Positions 1 through 9,479 of a stretch of 26,426 bases of DNA are shown piece by piece (the stretch's first letter is position 1; each line of letters opens with the position of its first letter). This stretch comes from Myxococcales bacterium (GTDB taxonomy: Bacteria > Myxococcota > Myxococcia > Myxococcales > Anaeromyxobacteraceae). The notes beneath the pieces were generated by a model. The model was not told the origin of the DNA. It saw only the letters and a program-made list of their open reading frames with translations, and searched no databases. Where the stretch lies: contig JBBQEB010000037.1 in NCBI GenBank assembly GCA_038320275.1, forward strand, positions 1-26,426, given 5' to 3'. The translations under genes and the position numbers were made by a program.

Positions 1-1
1 G

Positions 2-1318
<1,317 letters not shown>

Positions 1319-1609
1319 CTAGCTCTCGATGACGCCGAGGACGTCTTCCTCGCGCATCATGAGGTGCTCCTCGCCGTCGATCTTGATCTCGGTGCCGGCG
1401 TACTTGGAGAAGAGCACGCGATCGCCGGCCTTGATGTCGAGCGGGCGGACCTTGCCGTCCTCGAGCACCTTGCCGTTGCCGACGGCGATCACCTTGCCCT
1501 CGATCGGCTTCTCCTTGGCCGTGTCGGGAATGATGATGCCGCCCTTCGTCTTCTCCTCCTCCTCGATGCGCTTCACGATGACGCGGTCCTGCAGCGGACG
1601 GATCTTCAT
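1319..1609 (-). CDS. groES: Co-chaperonin GroES
   Basis: [35 protein letters not shown]...[14 protein letters not shown] Shine-Dalgarno upstream. Confidence 0.99.
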   Translation of the reverse strand: MKIRPLQDRVIVKRIEEEEKTKGGIIIPDTAKEKPIEGKVIAVGNGKVLEDGKVRPLDIKAGDRVLFSKYAGTEIKIDGEEHLMMREEDVLGVIES

Positions 1610-1671
1610 GCGGTGCTCCTTGGCTGTTCTGGGCGGCCCGAGCTGGGCGCGCCGCTTTGATGAGGGAGTCG

Positions 1672-1698
1672 TTAGCAGTCTCCGGTGGGGACTGCTAG
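1672..1698. promoter_or_regulatory. CIRCE-like operator 1 (HrcA site)
   Basis: TTAGCAGTC-N9-GACTGCTAG versus consensus TTAGCACTC-N9-GAGTGCTAA; lies just downstream of the predicted groES -10 box. Confidence 0.9.
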
Positions 1699-1710
1699 CC
1701 GACGCGGCGT

Positions 1711-1738
1711 ACTATAACCACCGCGGATCGACCGTCAA
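1711..1738 (-). promoter_or_regulatory. sigma70-type promoter of groESL
   Basis: Minus strand TTGACG-N16-TATAGT, immediately upstream of CIRCE 1. Confidence 0.75.
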
Positions 1739-1777
1739 GCGAGCCGGGTGGCAAACGGGATTGGCAGTCGTGAGGCG

Positions 1778-1804
1778 CTGGCGCTCGCGGAGCTCGACTG
1801 CCAA
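1778..1804. promoter_or_regulatory. CIRCE-like operator 2 (degenerate), with an extra half-site at 1761-1769
   Basis: CTGGCGCTC-N9-GACTGCCAA; TTGGCAGTCG (1761-1770) is a perfect inverse of CGACTGCCAA (1795-1804). Confidence 0.65.
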
Positions 1805-1827
1805 AATCCCCCTGGAATTGCGACACC

Positions 1828-1856
1828 TTGCCGCAGGCGTGGCCGGTTGGTAGCTT
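1828..1856 (+). promoter_or_regulatory. sigma70-type promoter of the divergent hypothetical gene pair
   Basis: TTGCCG-N17-TAGCTT with a TGn extension; GAGGAGG RBS follows before GTG 1896. Confidence 0.6.
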
Positions 1857-1895
1857 CGGAGAAGCGTCCTCGCGACGCGAGGAGGTCTCGGGGCC

Positions 1896-2504
1896 GTGGA
1901 CGACCGGATCGTGGTGGGCACCTCGGCGCAGGAGTACTTCCGCGAGCTGGTGGCCCAGGCTCTCCAGGGCCGCCGGGTGGAGGTCTCCCCGGAGGCTGAA
2001 TTCTATCTCGTGACCTTGCTCTCCCGGGGGGTAGGGGCGGGGAGAGAAACGGTCGGGGATGCGCCGGCCCCCGAGCCGCTCGCCATGCTCCTCAAGTCGG
2101 CGGTGGAGGCGGACGGAGAGGCGCGCTGGCGCGGCTACAAGAAGCTCGGGGACACCTCTCTCTTCGTCTCGGGCTTCTTCGGCGACTCGCTCTCCCGCTC
2201 GCTGGTCGATGTGAACTACTACATCGCGATGGGCGAGCGAGCGTACGACGCGCTCGCCGCCTTGCCGCGCGGTCCGGCCGGCGGGGCGGAGCTGTTCGGC
2301 GAGCTGGCGGAGCGTTTCTCCCTCTTCGTGGACCTCTTCGCCGAGATCGCCGAGCTGTCGCAGCTCTCCTCGAACCGGGGAGTGCTGCGGCTCTACGAGC
2401 GCTTCCTGCTCACCGGTTCGGAGCGGGTCGCCCAGCGGCTGCGCGAGCGCGGGGTGGCGCTCTTCGCCGGCCCTGGCCGCCCGAAGTACGGTTTCCGGCA
2501 CTGA
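1896..2504 (+). CDS. Hypothetical protein (helical-looking; LGDxxLFxSGFF and YYIAMG motifs)
   Basis: 202 aa, protein-like composition, strong GAGGAGG RBS, GTG start, 9 bp from next gene. Confidence 0.85.
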   Translation: MDDRIVVGTSAQEYFRELVAQALQGRRVEVSPEAEFYLVTLLSRGVGAGRETVGDAPAPEPLAMLLKSAVEADGEARWRGYKKLGDTSLFVSGFFGDSLSRSLVDVNYYIAMGERAYDALAALPRGPAGGAELFGELAERFSLFVDLFAEIAELSQLSSNRGVLRLYERFLLTGSERVAQRLRERGVALFAGPGRPKYGFRH

Positions 2505-2513
2505 GCCGCGCGC

Positions 2514-3167
2514 GTGACCATCGCCTTCTTCCAGGAGGAGCTCGAGAGCATCTACGGCGTGCAGGCGCCCGACGTGGGCGGCTTCCTGCTCACCCGCGAC
2601 GGGTCGAGCGCGGCGGCCACGCTGCGCGCCCCGGAGGCGCTGCTGGTCCGCGAGAGCCGCGGCGAGCTGGAGCTCGGTCTCTTCCTGGACGAGGACGTGG
2701 TGCGGGCGGCGAGCTCGGCCGATCCACACGACCGGCGCCCCCGGCTCACGGCGGCCGCCGTCCTCCCGCACCTCGCCTGCGCGGCCGAGGGCGTCTCGCA
2801 CTTCGTCTACCTGGCCACCCGCGCCGCCGAGGGGCGTCCGGTGTCGCTGCTCGAGCTCGAGGTTCAGGCGGAGGTGGACAAGTTCGCGCTGCTCGTCCTT
2901 CATCTCTGGCGCCGCGGCCTGCGGCGCCTCTCACCCGCGCTGAGGCACCGGCTGTTCGAGCGCGTGAGCTACCACGCGCACCTCGGTCCGGACGAGCTCG
3001 AGCGGTACCAGCTCGCGAACCGGCTGGGTGGCGGCTACGCGCGCTGGCTGGAGGTGCGTTACGTGGACGCGGCCGACGCCGAAGGGCTGCTGCGCGAGCT
3101 GCGCGCCACGTACCGCCGGGGCGGGGGCGAGAAGATCGGTTACCTGGGGTCTCGGGCGCTGCACTGA
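2514..3167 (+). CDS. Hypothetical protein (EGVSH...ELEVQAEVDKFA; possible degenerate zincin-like motif)
   Basis: 217 aa, protein-like composition, operonic with the upstream gene; exact start uncertain. Confidence 0.8.
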   Translation: MTIAFFQEELESIYGVQAPDVGGFLLTRDGSSAAATLRAPEALLVRESRGELELGLFLDEDVVRAASSADPHDRRPRLTAAAVLPHLACAAEGVSHFVYLATRAAEGRPVSLLELEVQAEVDKFALLVLHLWRRGLRRLSPALRHRLFERVSYHAHLGPDELERYQLANRLGGGYARWLEVRYVDAADAEGLLRELRATYRRGGGEKIGYLGSRALH

Positions 3168-3186
3168 AGCTCGAAGGCCCTTCCGA

Positions 3187-3240
3187 TTCCGCTTCGCCGC
3201 ACCACTCCCGGCGCGAGCGGAAGGCGGTGGGCCTGACCGC
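3187..3240. terminator. Imperfect hairpins between convergent genes
   Basis: TTCCGCTTCGCCG (3187-3199) pairs imperfectly with CGGCGCGAGCGGAA (3209-3222); a small GCGGT/ACCGC stem at 3224-3240; no U-tract. Confidence 0.3.
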
Positions 3241-3253
3241 CCCTCGCAAACCT

Positions 3254-3520
3254 CTACTTCAGCGTGCGCGTCTGCCCCGCGCCGATGTTCACCTTCTCCT
3301 TGTCGAACTTGCCGGAGAGCGCGTCCCGCACCGACCGGTCGAACCGGACCTTCTTGGTGGCGATCTCGCGCAGGGCGAGCACGGCGGGCTTGTTCTTGGT
3401 CTGCGGCAGGAGCGGCCGCGCGCCGGCCATGAGCTGGCGCGTGCGCTTCGTCGCGAGCAGGACGAGCGCGAAGCGATTGTCGACGAGAGGGAGGCAGTCT
3501 TCGACTGTGACGCGAGCCAT
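3254..3520 (-). CDS. rpoZ: RNA polymerase omega subunit
   Basis: [10 protein letters not shown]...[16 protein letters not shown]...[12 protein letters not shown]. Confidence 0.98.
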   Translation of the reverse strand: MARVTVEDCLPLVDNRFALVLLATKRTRQLMAGARPLLPQTKNKPAVLALREIATKKVRFDRSVRDALSGKFDKEKVNIGAGQTRTLK

Positions 3521-3610
3521 GCGGTGTCTCTCTTCCAGGGAGCCGGCTCGCTGCAGGGAGCCAGTCTGCCCGGCTTCGGGCGATCCCGGCCCGGAGCGGG
3601 CGGGGCGGAG

Positions 3611-3639
3611 ATACTAAGCGGCGCTGGGCGCGGGGTCAA
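3611..3639 (-). promoter_or_regulatory. sigma70-type promoter of rpoZ
   Basis: TTGACC-N17-TAGTAT on the minus strand; the -35 box overlaps the TGA of the upstream gene. Confidence 0.7.
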
Positions 3640-4652
3640 CGCGCCGAGGGAGTAGGCGCCGCCGTGGGACCGGGCTGCGGCCGCTTCTCGCGCAAGGCGG
3701 CGGGAGGCTGATCGAGGTCCGCGGCCGCGCCCGGGGCGAGGAGCGCGACCTCGCTGCTCCCCTCCACCTGCGCCCGCAGCACCCGGTCCACCGGCTGGCC
3801 CGGCGGAGTTCGGGCTCCCGCGATGCGGAGCGCGCGGGAGGTCCCCGCCCGATCGACGAGGACCACCCGGAAGCGAGGCCGCCCGAAGTCGGCGGGAAGC
3901 GTGGTGGCCCGGTCGGGCACGAACTCGGTGGCGCGAAGCCCGCGGATGGCGGAGAGCACGCGCGCCACCGCGGCAGCGTCGGCGGGCCCGGCCTCCGGGG
4001 ACGCGAGCCGCCAGCCGGGGCCGGCTTCGCGGGCGAGGACGTAGCCTCCGCCCGGCGCGCTCACCTCGACGCGCGCGAGGTCGCCCTCCTCGAACGGGAG
4101 AAGGCGCTTCTCCCGCAGGTCGAAGGTCCCGCGCTCGATCGCCCAGCGGGCTTCGCCGTCCACCAGGACCACGGGCCCCTCGCCCGCGCGGACGAAGAGG
4201 GTGCCATCGAAGGCGTTCTCGTCGCCCAGCGCCAGCACCGCAGGCTTCCTGCCCCCCGCGAGGGCGAGCGTCACCTCCGCCCGCGGTGGGGCGAGGCCGT
4301 AGCGCGAGAGGTCGGCGGGCCGGGGCCCGGCGAAGACGACCGCCTTGCGGGAAAGGTTCGCCACCCGGTCGACGAGCGCGTCGACGGTGCTCCGCTCCGC
4401 GGCCGCCCGGACCGGCGCCTCCACGCGCCAGTTTCGCCCGTCGCGGGCGAGCAGCGTCACGTCCCCCTTGGCCGCCACGGTCAGCCGCTCCACGTCGGCG
4501 GGGGCGAACGCGAAGAGCCGCGCCTCCGTCCCGGCGCGTGCCGCGCCCGCCGCGTCGCGCCGCTCGATCCCGAACCACGCGAACGCCACCGCGCCTGCCG
4601 CGAGGGCGAGGAGCACGAGCATCGAGGCGATGGGGCGGGAGCGGGCCTTCAT
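3636..4652 (-). CDS. DUF4340-type membrane-anchored periplasmic protein of a Gld-like ABC system
   Basis: N-terminal hydrophobic anchor; two repeated units (W..xP..xAD/E..V; YGLAPP / FGRPR); DLREKRLL motif; position after the GldG-like gene. Confidence 0.8.
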   Translation of the reverse strand: MKARSRPIASMLVLLALAAGAVAFAWFGIERRDAAGAARAGTEARLFAFAPADVERLTVAAKGDVTLLARDGRNWRVEAPVRAAAERSTVDALVDRVANLSRKAVVFAGPRPADLSRYGLAPPRAEVTLALAGGRKPAVLALGDENAFDGTLFVRAGEGPVVLVDGEARWAIERGTFDLREKRLLPFEEGDLARVEVSAPGGGYVLAREAGPGWRLASPEAGPADAAAVARVLSAIRGLRATEFVPDRATTLPADFGRPRFRVVLVDRAGTSRALRIAGARTPPGQPVDRVLRAQVEGSSEVALLAPGAAADLDQPPAALREKRPQPGPTAAPTPSAR

Positions 4653-4655
4653 CCG

Positions 4656-6206
4656 TCACCGCGTGCGCCGGACGGTCCAGACCGCCACGCCGAGGCCGAG
4701 CAAGGCTGCCGGCAGGAGGTCCACCGTGAGGAACTGGAGCGCGGTGGACTGCGCCTCGGTGATGAGGACGATCGACGCCTCGCGGCTGCGCGGCCGGACG
4801 GTGATGCGGTCTTCCTGCTCGGCCAGCCAGCCGATGGCATTCATGGCGAAGTCGCGGTTGCCGCCGAGCTGCAGATACTTGTCCGTGAAGAAGTCGCCGT
4901 CGCCCGCGACCACGAGCCGGGTGTGCTCCGAGCGCCGGCGCTCTCCCGTCGCAGGCACCTCCACCGCCATTGCGAGCGGCAGCGGCCCCACCTTCTCGCC
5001 CTCGCCACGGCGCGCCACACCCCGCTCGAAGACGCCCTTCACGTCGCTCTCGCCCCAGGCCTCGGGGCCGGTGAGCGCCAGAGGCACCGGGCGCGCCGCG
5101 GTGCCCGAGAGCGCCACCAGGGAACGCGCGGTGGGGAACACGAGCGCCGTTTCGGCGAGGTCGCGCGAGATGGGGTGCGCCCCCGAGGGAAGGACGATGG
5201 GGGAGACGGGCGAGCCCAGCACCTGCGCCGCAGGGGAGGGATCGACGACCACGTCGTCGTCGGCCTGCACGCCGTAGGAGGCGAGGAAAGGGTCGAGCCC
5301 GGGGTCCACCTCGGGCTCGAGGAACACGCCCAGGTGCCCGCCGGCTGCCGCGTAGGTGCGCAGGGCCTCGAGCTCCCTCGACAGGAAGCCGGTGCGGGCG
5401 CCGGCGACGACGACCACCGAGGCGTCCGCGGGCACCTCGCCCTCGGCGGTGAGGGAGAGCGCCGCCACCTCATACCCCTCGGCGAGCAGCGACCTTCCCA
5501 AGGCACCATAGCCGCGGGGATCGTCGGGCGCGCTCTGCGGCTCGCCGTGGCCCACGGTGAAGTAGACCTTGTGCGGTCCCGCGCGCGTGACCTTCACCAG
5601 CGCGTTCGTGAGCCCTCCCTCGTCGGGCGCGGAGGCCGCTGCCTTCTGCGTTCCCGAGAGGAGGAGGATGCGCGGCCCCCCCGCCACGATGCCGTACGTC
5701 CTGGCGCGCTCGGGGCTCTTGTAGGGATCGACCAGCTCGAAGGTGAAGCGCGGGGAGCGCGCGGCGTAGCGCTCGAGCAGCGCCCGGGCCGCGGCGTATC
5801 CGTCCTCATCGATGCGGTAGACGGCGATCGCCTTCACGTCCGACTTCAGCCCGTCGAGCGTGCGGATCGTGTCCTCCTGGAGGGTGAAGATACGGTTCCG
5901 GGTGAGGTCCCAGCTCCGGGGCCGCCGGTAGGCTGCCCAGTTGGCGGTTCCGAGCACGATGACGAGGAGGACGGCCGAGACGGCGGTGAGACCGCCGAAG
6001 TGGAGCGCCCGGCCGGTGAAGAACCGGCGCAGCCCGCCGGGCGGGCCGAGCGCGAAGCCCGCCCCCACGCAGACGAGGCCCAGGAGGAGCTTGCCCGCCA
6101 CGAAGCGCGCGTCCCCGAAGAAGAGCGTCACCCCGGTGGAGAGAAGCAGCACGGCGCCGAGCGCCCCCAGCACCCGCGCCGCCACCGGCGAGCTCGCGCC
6201 GCTCAT
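4656..6206 (-). CDS. GldG-like ABC transporter auxiliary component
   Basis: Start at ATG 6206 (ATGA overlap with upstream stop); WDLTRNRIFTL, VYFTVGHGE, LVVAGDGDF, NRDFAMNAIGWL; N- and C-terminal TM segments. Confidence 0.9.
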   Translation of the reverse strand: MSGASSPVAARVLGALGAVLLLSTGVTLFFGDARFVAGKLLLGLVCVGAGFALGPPGGLRRFFTGRALHFGGLTAVSAVLLVIVLGTANWAAYRRPRSWDLTRNRIFTLQEDTIRTLDGLKSDVKAIAVYRIDEDGYAAARALLERYAARSPRFTFELVDPYKSPERARTYGIVAGGPRILLLSGTQKAAASAPDEGGLTNALVKVTRAGPHKVYFTVGHGEPQSAPDDPRGYGALGRSLLAEGYEVAALSLTAEGEVPADASVVVVAGARTGFLSRELEALRTYAAAGGHLGVFLEPEVDPGLDPFLASYGVQADDDVVVDPSPAAQVLGSPVSPIVLPSGAHPISRDLAETALVFPTARSLVALSGTAARPVPLALTGPEAWGESDVKGVFERGVARRGEGEKVGPLPLAMAVEVPATGERRRSEHTRLVVAGDGDFFTDKYLQLGGNRDFAMNAIGWLAEQEDRITVRPRSREASIVLITEAQSTALQFLTVDLLPAALLGLGVAVWTVRRTR

Positions 6207-6997
6207 GCCCACCGCCCCCCCTCCAGCGCACGGTCGGTGAGCCAGAGCGAGAGGATGATGAACGATAGGTAATACAGGACGTCCTCCAGCCGGATGCGGC
6301 CCTGCAGGAACGCCAGCAGGTGCTCGGAGGAGCTCATGCCGGTCGCGAGCGAGCGCATGGCGCCCTCGTTGCCAACAGTGAACATGGTGACGACCCAGAG
6401 CGCGAGCAGGACCATGAGCGAGGCGAGCGCCGCCACCAGCACCGATTCCGTGAGCGCGGAGACGAAGAGCCCCACCGCCATGCACATGGCGCCGAGGAGG
6501 AAGAGCCCGAGGAGGCCGGTGGCGACCGTCTGCCACTCCACCGCGCCGCCCCCCTGGGCTCCCCTCGCGAAGAGCGACAGGAGGGCGGGAAAGATCCCCA
6601 CGATGGCGACCGAGAGGCCCACCAGCACGAGCGCTGCCAGGTACTTGCCCAGCACGATCTGGTAGGGGCGCACGGGCGAGGTCATGAGCAGCTCGAAGGT
6701 GCGGTTGCGCCGCTCCTCGGCGAGGAGCCGCATGGAGAGGAACGGGGCCGAGATGACGATGAACACCGCCACCGAGGCGAACAGCCGCGCCACCACCAGA
6801 TCGGTGAGATTGAGGCGCTCGAGCACCTCCCGGCCCTCCGCGGGCGACGCGCGCAGCGCGAAGGTGCGGTAGGCCTCCAGGGCGCCGGTGAAGAACTGTG
6901 CCGCGAAGAACGCGATCACCGTGAGGGCGACGTAGGCGATGGGGGTCGTGAAGTAGACCTCCAGCTCCTTGCGGGCGATGGCGAGAGCGGCCCTCAA
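6203..6997 (-). CDS. ABC-2 type permease (GldF-like)
   Basis: IARKELEVYFTTPIAY, SMRLLAEERRNRTFELLMTSPV, IVLGKYLA; about 6 TM segments; TTGA overlap with the ATPase stop. Confidence 0.93.
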   Translation of the reverse strand: MRAALAIARKELEVYFTTPIAYVALTVIAFFAAQFFTGALEAYRTFALRASPAEGREVLERLNLTDLVVARLFASVAVFIVISAPFLSMRLLAEERRNRTFELLMTSPVRPYQIVLGKYLAALVLVGLSVAIVGIFPALLSLFARGAQGGGAVEWQTVATGLLGLFLLGAMCMAVGLFVSALTESVLVAALASLMVLLALWVVTMFTVGNEGAMRSLATGMSSSEHLLAFLQGRIRLEDVLYYLSFIILSLWLTDRALEGGRWA

Positions 6998-7785
6998 GCC
7001 GGTCCTCCCGGCGCCATGGCCGGGGGGGCGGCGAGCCCCGGCTCGCGCGGCATGACCAGCTTCCCGTAGATCTCCTCCAGGAAGGCGAGGTCGTCGAGGG
7101 TGACGCGCCTCCCGGGCAGGTACTTCGCGATGAGCCCGTCGAGCGTGTCGAAGTCGACGAGGCGCCCCTCGTGCAGCACGAGAACCTTCCCGCAGGTCAT
7201 GGCGACCTCCGGGAGGATGTGCGTCGAGAGGAGGACGGTGTGATCTCCCGCGAGGCTCCGCACCAGGTCGCGGACCTCGCGGATCTGGAGCGGGTCGAGG
7301 CCCACCGTGGGCTCGTCCAGGATGAGCACCTCCGGGTCGCCGAGGAGCGCCTGGGCGAGCCCCACCCGCTGGCGGTAGCCCTTGGAGAGATTGCCCGTCA
7401 CGCGATCGAGCACGTCCTCGATCCGGGCGAGGTGCGCGACCCGCTCGATGTGCCCCTTCACGGACCTGCGCGACAGCCCCTTCAGCCCGGCGCAGAAGGC
7501 GAGGTAGGAGCGCGGCGTGAGGTCCGGGTAGACGGGCGGCGTCTCGGGCAGATAGCCGATGCGACGCTTCACCTCGAGGGGCTCCTCGAACACGTCGAAG
7601 CCCGCCACCCGCACGCTGCCGCTCGTCGCGGGGGAGAAGCCGGTGAGCACGCGCAGCGTGGTGGATTTGCCGGCCCCGTTGGGCCCGAGGAGCCCCACCA
7701 CCTCACCTTGACCCACGGTGAACGAGACGTCGTCCACCGCGACCCGGTCGCGATAGCGCTTCGTGAGGTGGGCGACCTCGATCAT
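6994..7785 (-). CDS. ABC transporter ATP-binding protein (GldA-like)
   Basis: Start MIEVAHL at 7785; Walker A GPNGAGKS, signature LSKGYRQ, Walker B LILDEP, H-loop STH. Confidence 0.95.
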   Translation of the reverse strand: MIEVAHLTKRYRDRVAVDDVSFTVGQGEVVGLLGPNGAGKSTTLRVLTGFSPATSGSVRVAGFDVFEEPLEVKRRIGYLPETPPVYPDLTPRSYLAFCAGLKGLSRRSVKGHIERVAHLARIEDVLDRVTGNLSKGYRQRVGLAQALLGDPEVLILDEPTVGLDPLQIREVRDLVRSLAGDHTVLLSTHILPEVAMTCGKVLVLHEGRLVDFDTLDGLIAKYLPGRRVTLDDLAFLEEIYGKLVMPREPGLAAPPAMAPGGPA

Positions 7786-7793
7786 GTCGACGT

Positions 7794-7821
7794 GCCATAC
7801 CGCGGGGCTCCGCGCTGTCAA
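7794..7821 (-). promoter_or_regulatory. Putative promoter giving a near-leaderless transcript of the ABC operon
   Basis: TTGACA-N16-TATGGC, 8 nt before ATG 7785; no Shine-Dalgarno. Confidence 0.5.
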
Positions 7822-7870
7822 GCGCGCGGCCGGCGCGGGGCGGCAGCGAGCTCCGCCGGCCTGCGGGGGG

Positions 7871-8755
7871 TCAGCCCTTCCAGAACCCGCCCGCGCCCGC
7901 GCGCTCCTTGCGGATGTCGTGGCCCGGGTCGAGCTTCACGAAGGCGCACATCTCGTTGAGCCGCGAGTAGATGCGGTCGCCGACCCGGCGGGCGAGGGTC
8001 ATGCCCTCCGCGTCGCGCTGGAACTCGGCGCTCCGGGTCCGCACCAGCGCGCCGGGGCCGTCCTGCGGCGGAGGGCGGTCCTCGAGGAAGTAGTTCGTGG
8101 CGAAGAGGGTCGTCAGCCCGGAGTTGAACCGGCGGCTGATGAGCTCGTCGAGCATGGAGCGCTCCCAGTCGGTGCCGCGCTCCTTGCCCAGCTCGTCGAT
8201 GGCGAGCACCGGTACCTTGATGAGCGGCTGCAGCACCTCCATGTGGCTGCGCTTCGACTCGAACCCGGCCTTCATGTCGGAGAGCAGCAGCATGAACTCG
8301 ACGTAGCGGCCCCCGACCCCCTTCTCGAGCGCGAGATACCGGAGCGCGGCGCAGAGGAGGTGCGTTTTTCCGCCGCCGGGGCGCCCGAACAGGAGGAACC
8401 CCTTGGATGGCTCGTCGACGCGGAACTTCCGCGCGAAGCCCTCCGCCACCGCCTTGGCGGCGGCGTGGTCGGGCGACCAGGCCTTGAAGGTCTCGAACGA
8501 AGCCAGCGCCACGGAGGCCGGTATGCCGATGCGGTTGAAGAGGGCGATCCGCTCCTCGAGGTGCTTGCAGGGGCAGACCTGCGCCACGCTGCTCGCGCCC
8601 GCCGGCACGAGGATGTAGCCCGTCTCCTTGCAGCGCACGCAGGCGCGCTGGCAGGCGCAGCGCCTGGCGCGGGCCGTCTGGCCCAGGATCTGCTGAACGA
8701 CGTGTCCTGCGCCGCCGCAGTCGGGGCAGGCGCCATTCTGGTTGAGCTCGACCAT
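7871..8755 (-). CDS. DnaC/IstB-like AAA+ ATPase with Cys-rich (probably Zn-binding) N-terminus
   Basis: CPDC...CACQRACVRC...CPC; ASFETF; Walker A GRPGGGKT; Walker B LAIDELG; ATN; RIYSRLNEM. Confidence 0.88.
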   Translation of the reverse strand: MVELNQNGACPDCGGAGHVVQQILGQTARARRCACQRACVRCKETGYILVPAGASSVAQVCPCKHLEERIALFNRIGIPASVALASFETFKAWSPDHAAAKAVAEGFARKFRVDEPSKGFLLFGRPGGGKTHLLCAALRYLALEKGVGGRYVEFMLLLSDMKAGFESKRSHMEVLQPLIKVPVLAIDELGKERGTDWERSMLDELISRRFNSGLTTLFATNYFLEDRPPPQDGPGALVRTRSAEFQRDAEGMTLARRVGDRIYSRLNEMCAFVKLDPGHDIRKERAGAGGFWKG

Positions 8756-8770
8756 GGGAAGCGGCGGAGT

Positions 8771-9445
8771 CTACACCGCGCCGCGGAGGCAGAGGAGGCC
8801 CGCCTCCCTCGCCCCGTCGAGGAGGTGGGCCCGGAGGCATTCCCGGTAGGCACCTCTGCGCGTGCCCGCTGGGCGAGGGCCCGCCCGCAGGCGGCAGCGG
8901 ACCCCCAGGACGGCCCGGAAGGGCTGTGGAAGGGCGGTGAGCCAGGCGCGCACGAGGAGCTCGTCCACGCGGGCGAGCGCCTCCTCGGTGCTGTAAAGGT
9001 CCTGAAGAGGGGAGACCTGCTCGAGCGCCGCAGCTCCGGCGCGGTGCGCCTCGGCGCAGGGCCCCCCCGGGGAGGCGGAGGCCGCGCTCGCCAGCAGGGC
9101 GCGGGCGGAGGCGACGCGGCGGAGCGCCGCCGCGGCCTCGACCTCCACCCGGCCCGGCGCGTCGCCCACGCACCCGTCCCGGTAACCCCGCCACTCCGCC
9201 TCCACCGCCTGCCGGAAGGCGCGAAGCGAGCGCGGGCGGGGCGTTGCCGGACTTCGCGAGGCCGCGTCCTCCAGGCCCCGGCGCAGTCCGCGGCACACGA
9301 CTGCCACCGGGAGCCCCCGCCGGTTCCAGAGGCGAACCTGCTCCTCGTCGAGCGGAGAGAGCATGAGCCCGGCCCCGCGCAGCCCGAGGAAGAACTCGGC
9401 CACGACGGTCTCGTAGGTGAGGGCGTGCGCAAGGAGCTGTGACAC
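8771..9445 (-). CDS. Hypothetical protein with DnaD-like N-terminal motif
   Basis: Probable GTG start at 9445; LMLSPLDEEQVRLWNRRGLPVAVVCRGL resembles the DnaD/DnaB_2 helical motif; 15 bp upstream of the DnaC-like gene. Confidence 0.65.
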   Translation of the reverse strand: MSQLLAHALTYETVVAEFFLGLRGAGLMLSPLDEEQVRLWNRRGLPVAVVCRGLRRGLEDAASRSPATPRPRSLRAFRQAVEAEWRGYRDGCVGDAPGRVEVEAAAALRRVASARALLASAASASPGGPCAEAHRAGAAALEQVSPLQDLYSTEEALARVDELLVRAWLTALPQPFRAVLGVRCRLRAGPRPAGTRRGAYRECLRAHLLDGAREAGLLCLRGAV

Positions 9446-9479
9446 CCGAGGAGGATGCCAGCGGCCTCCGACAGCGCTC

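Noticed and set aside
3636..7785. Assigning gliding-motility function or gld gene symbols to the ABC operon
   Set aside because: GldA/F/G-like transporters are widespread outside gliding Bacteroidota; the substrate cannot be read from the sequence.
7871..8755. IstB belonging to the IS21 end at 21061
   Set aside because: 12 kb away across core genes, no istA, and the Cys-rich N-terminus is DnaC/DnaI-like.
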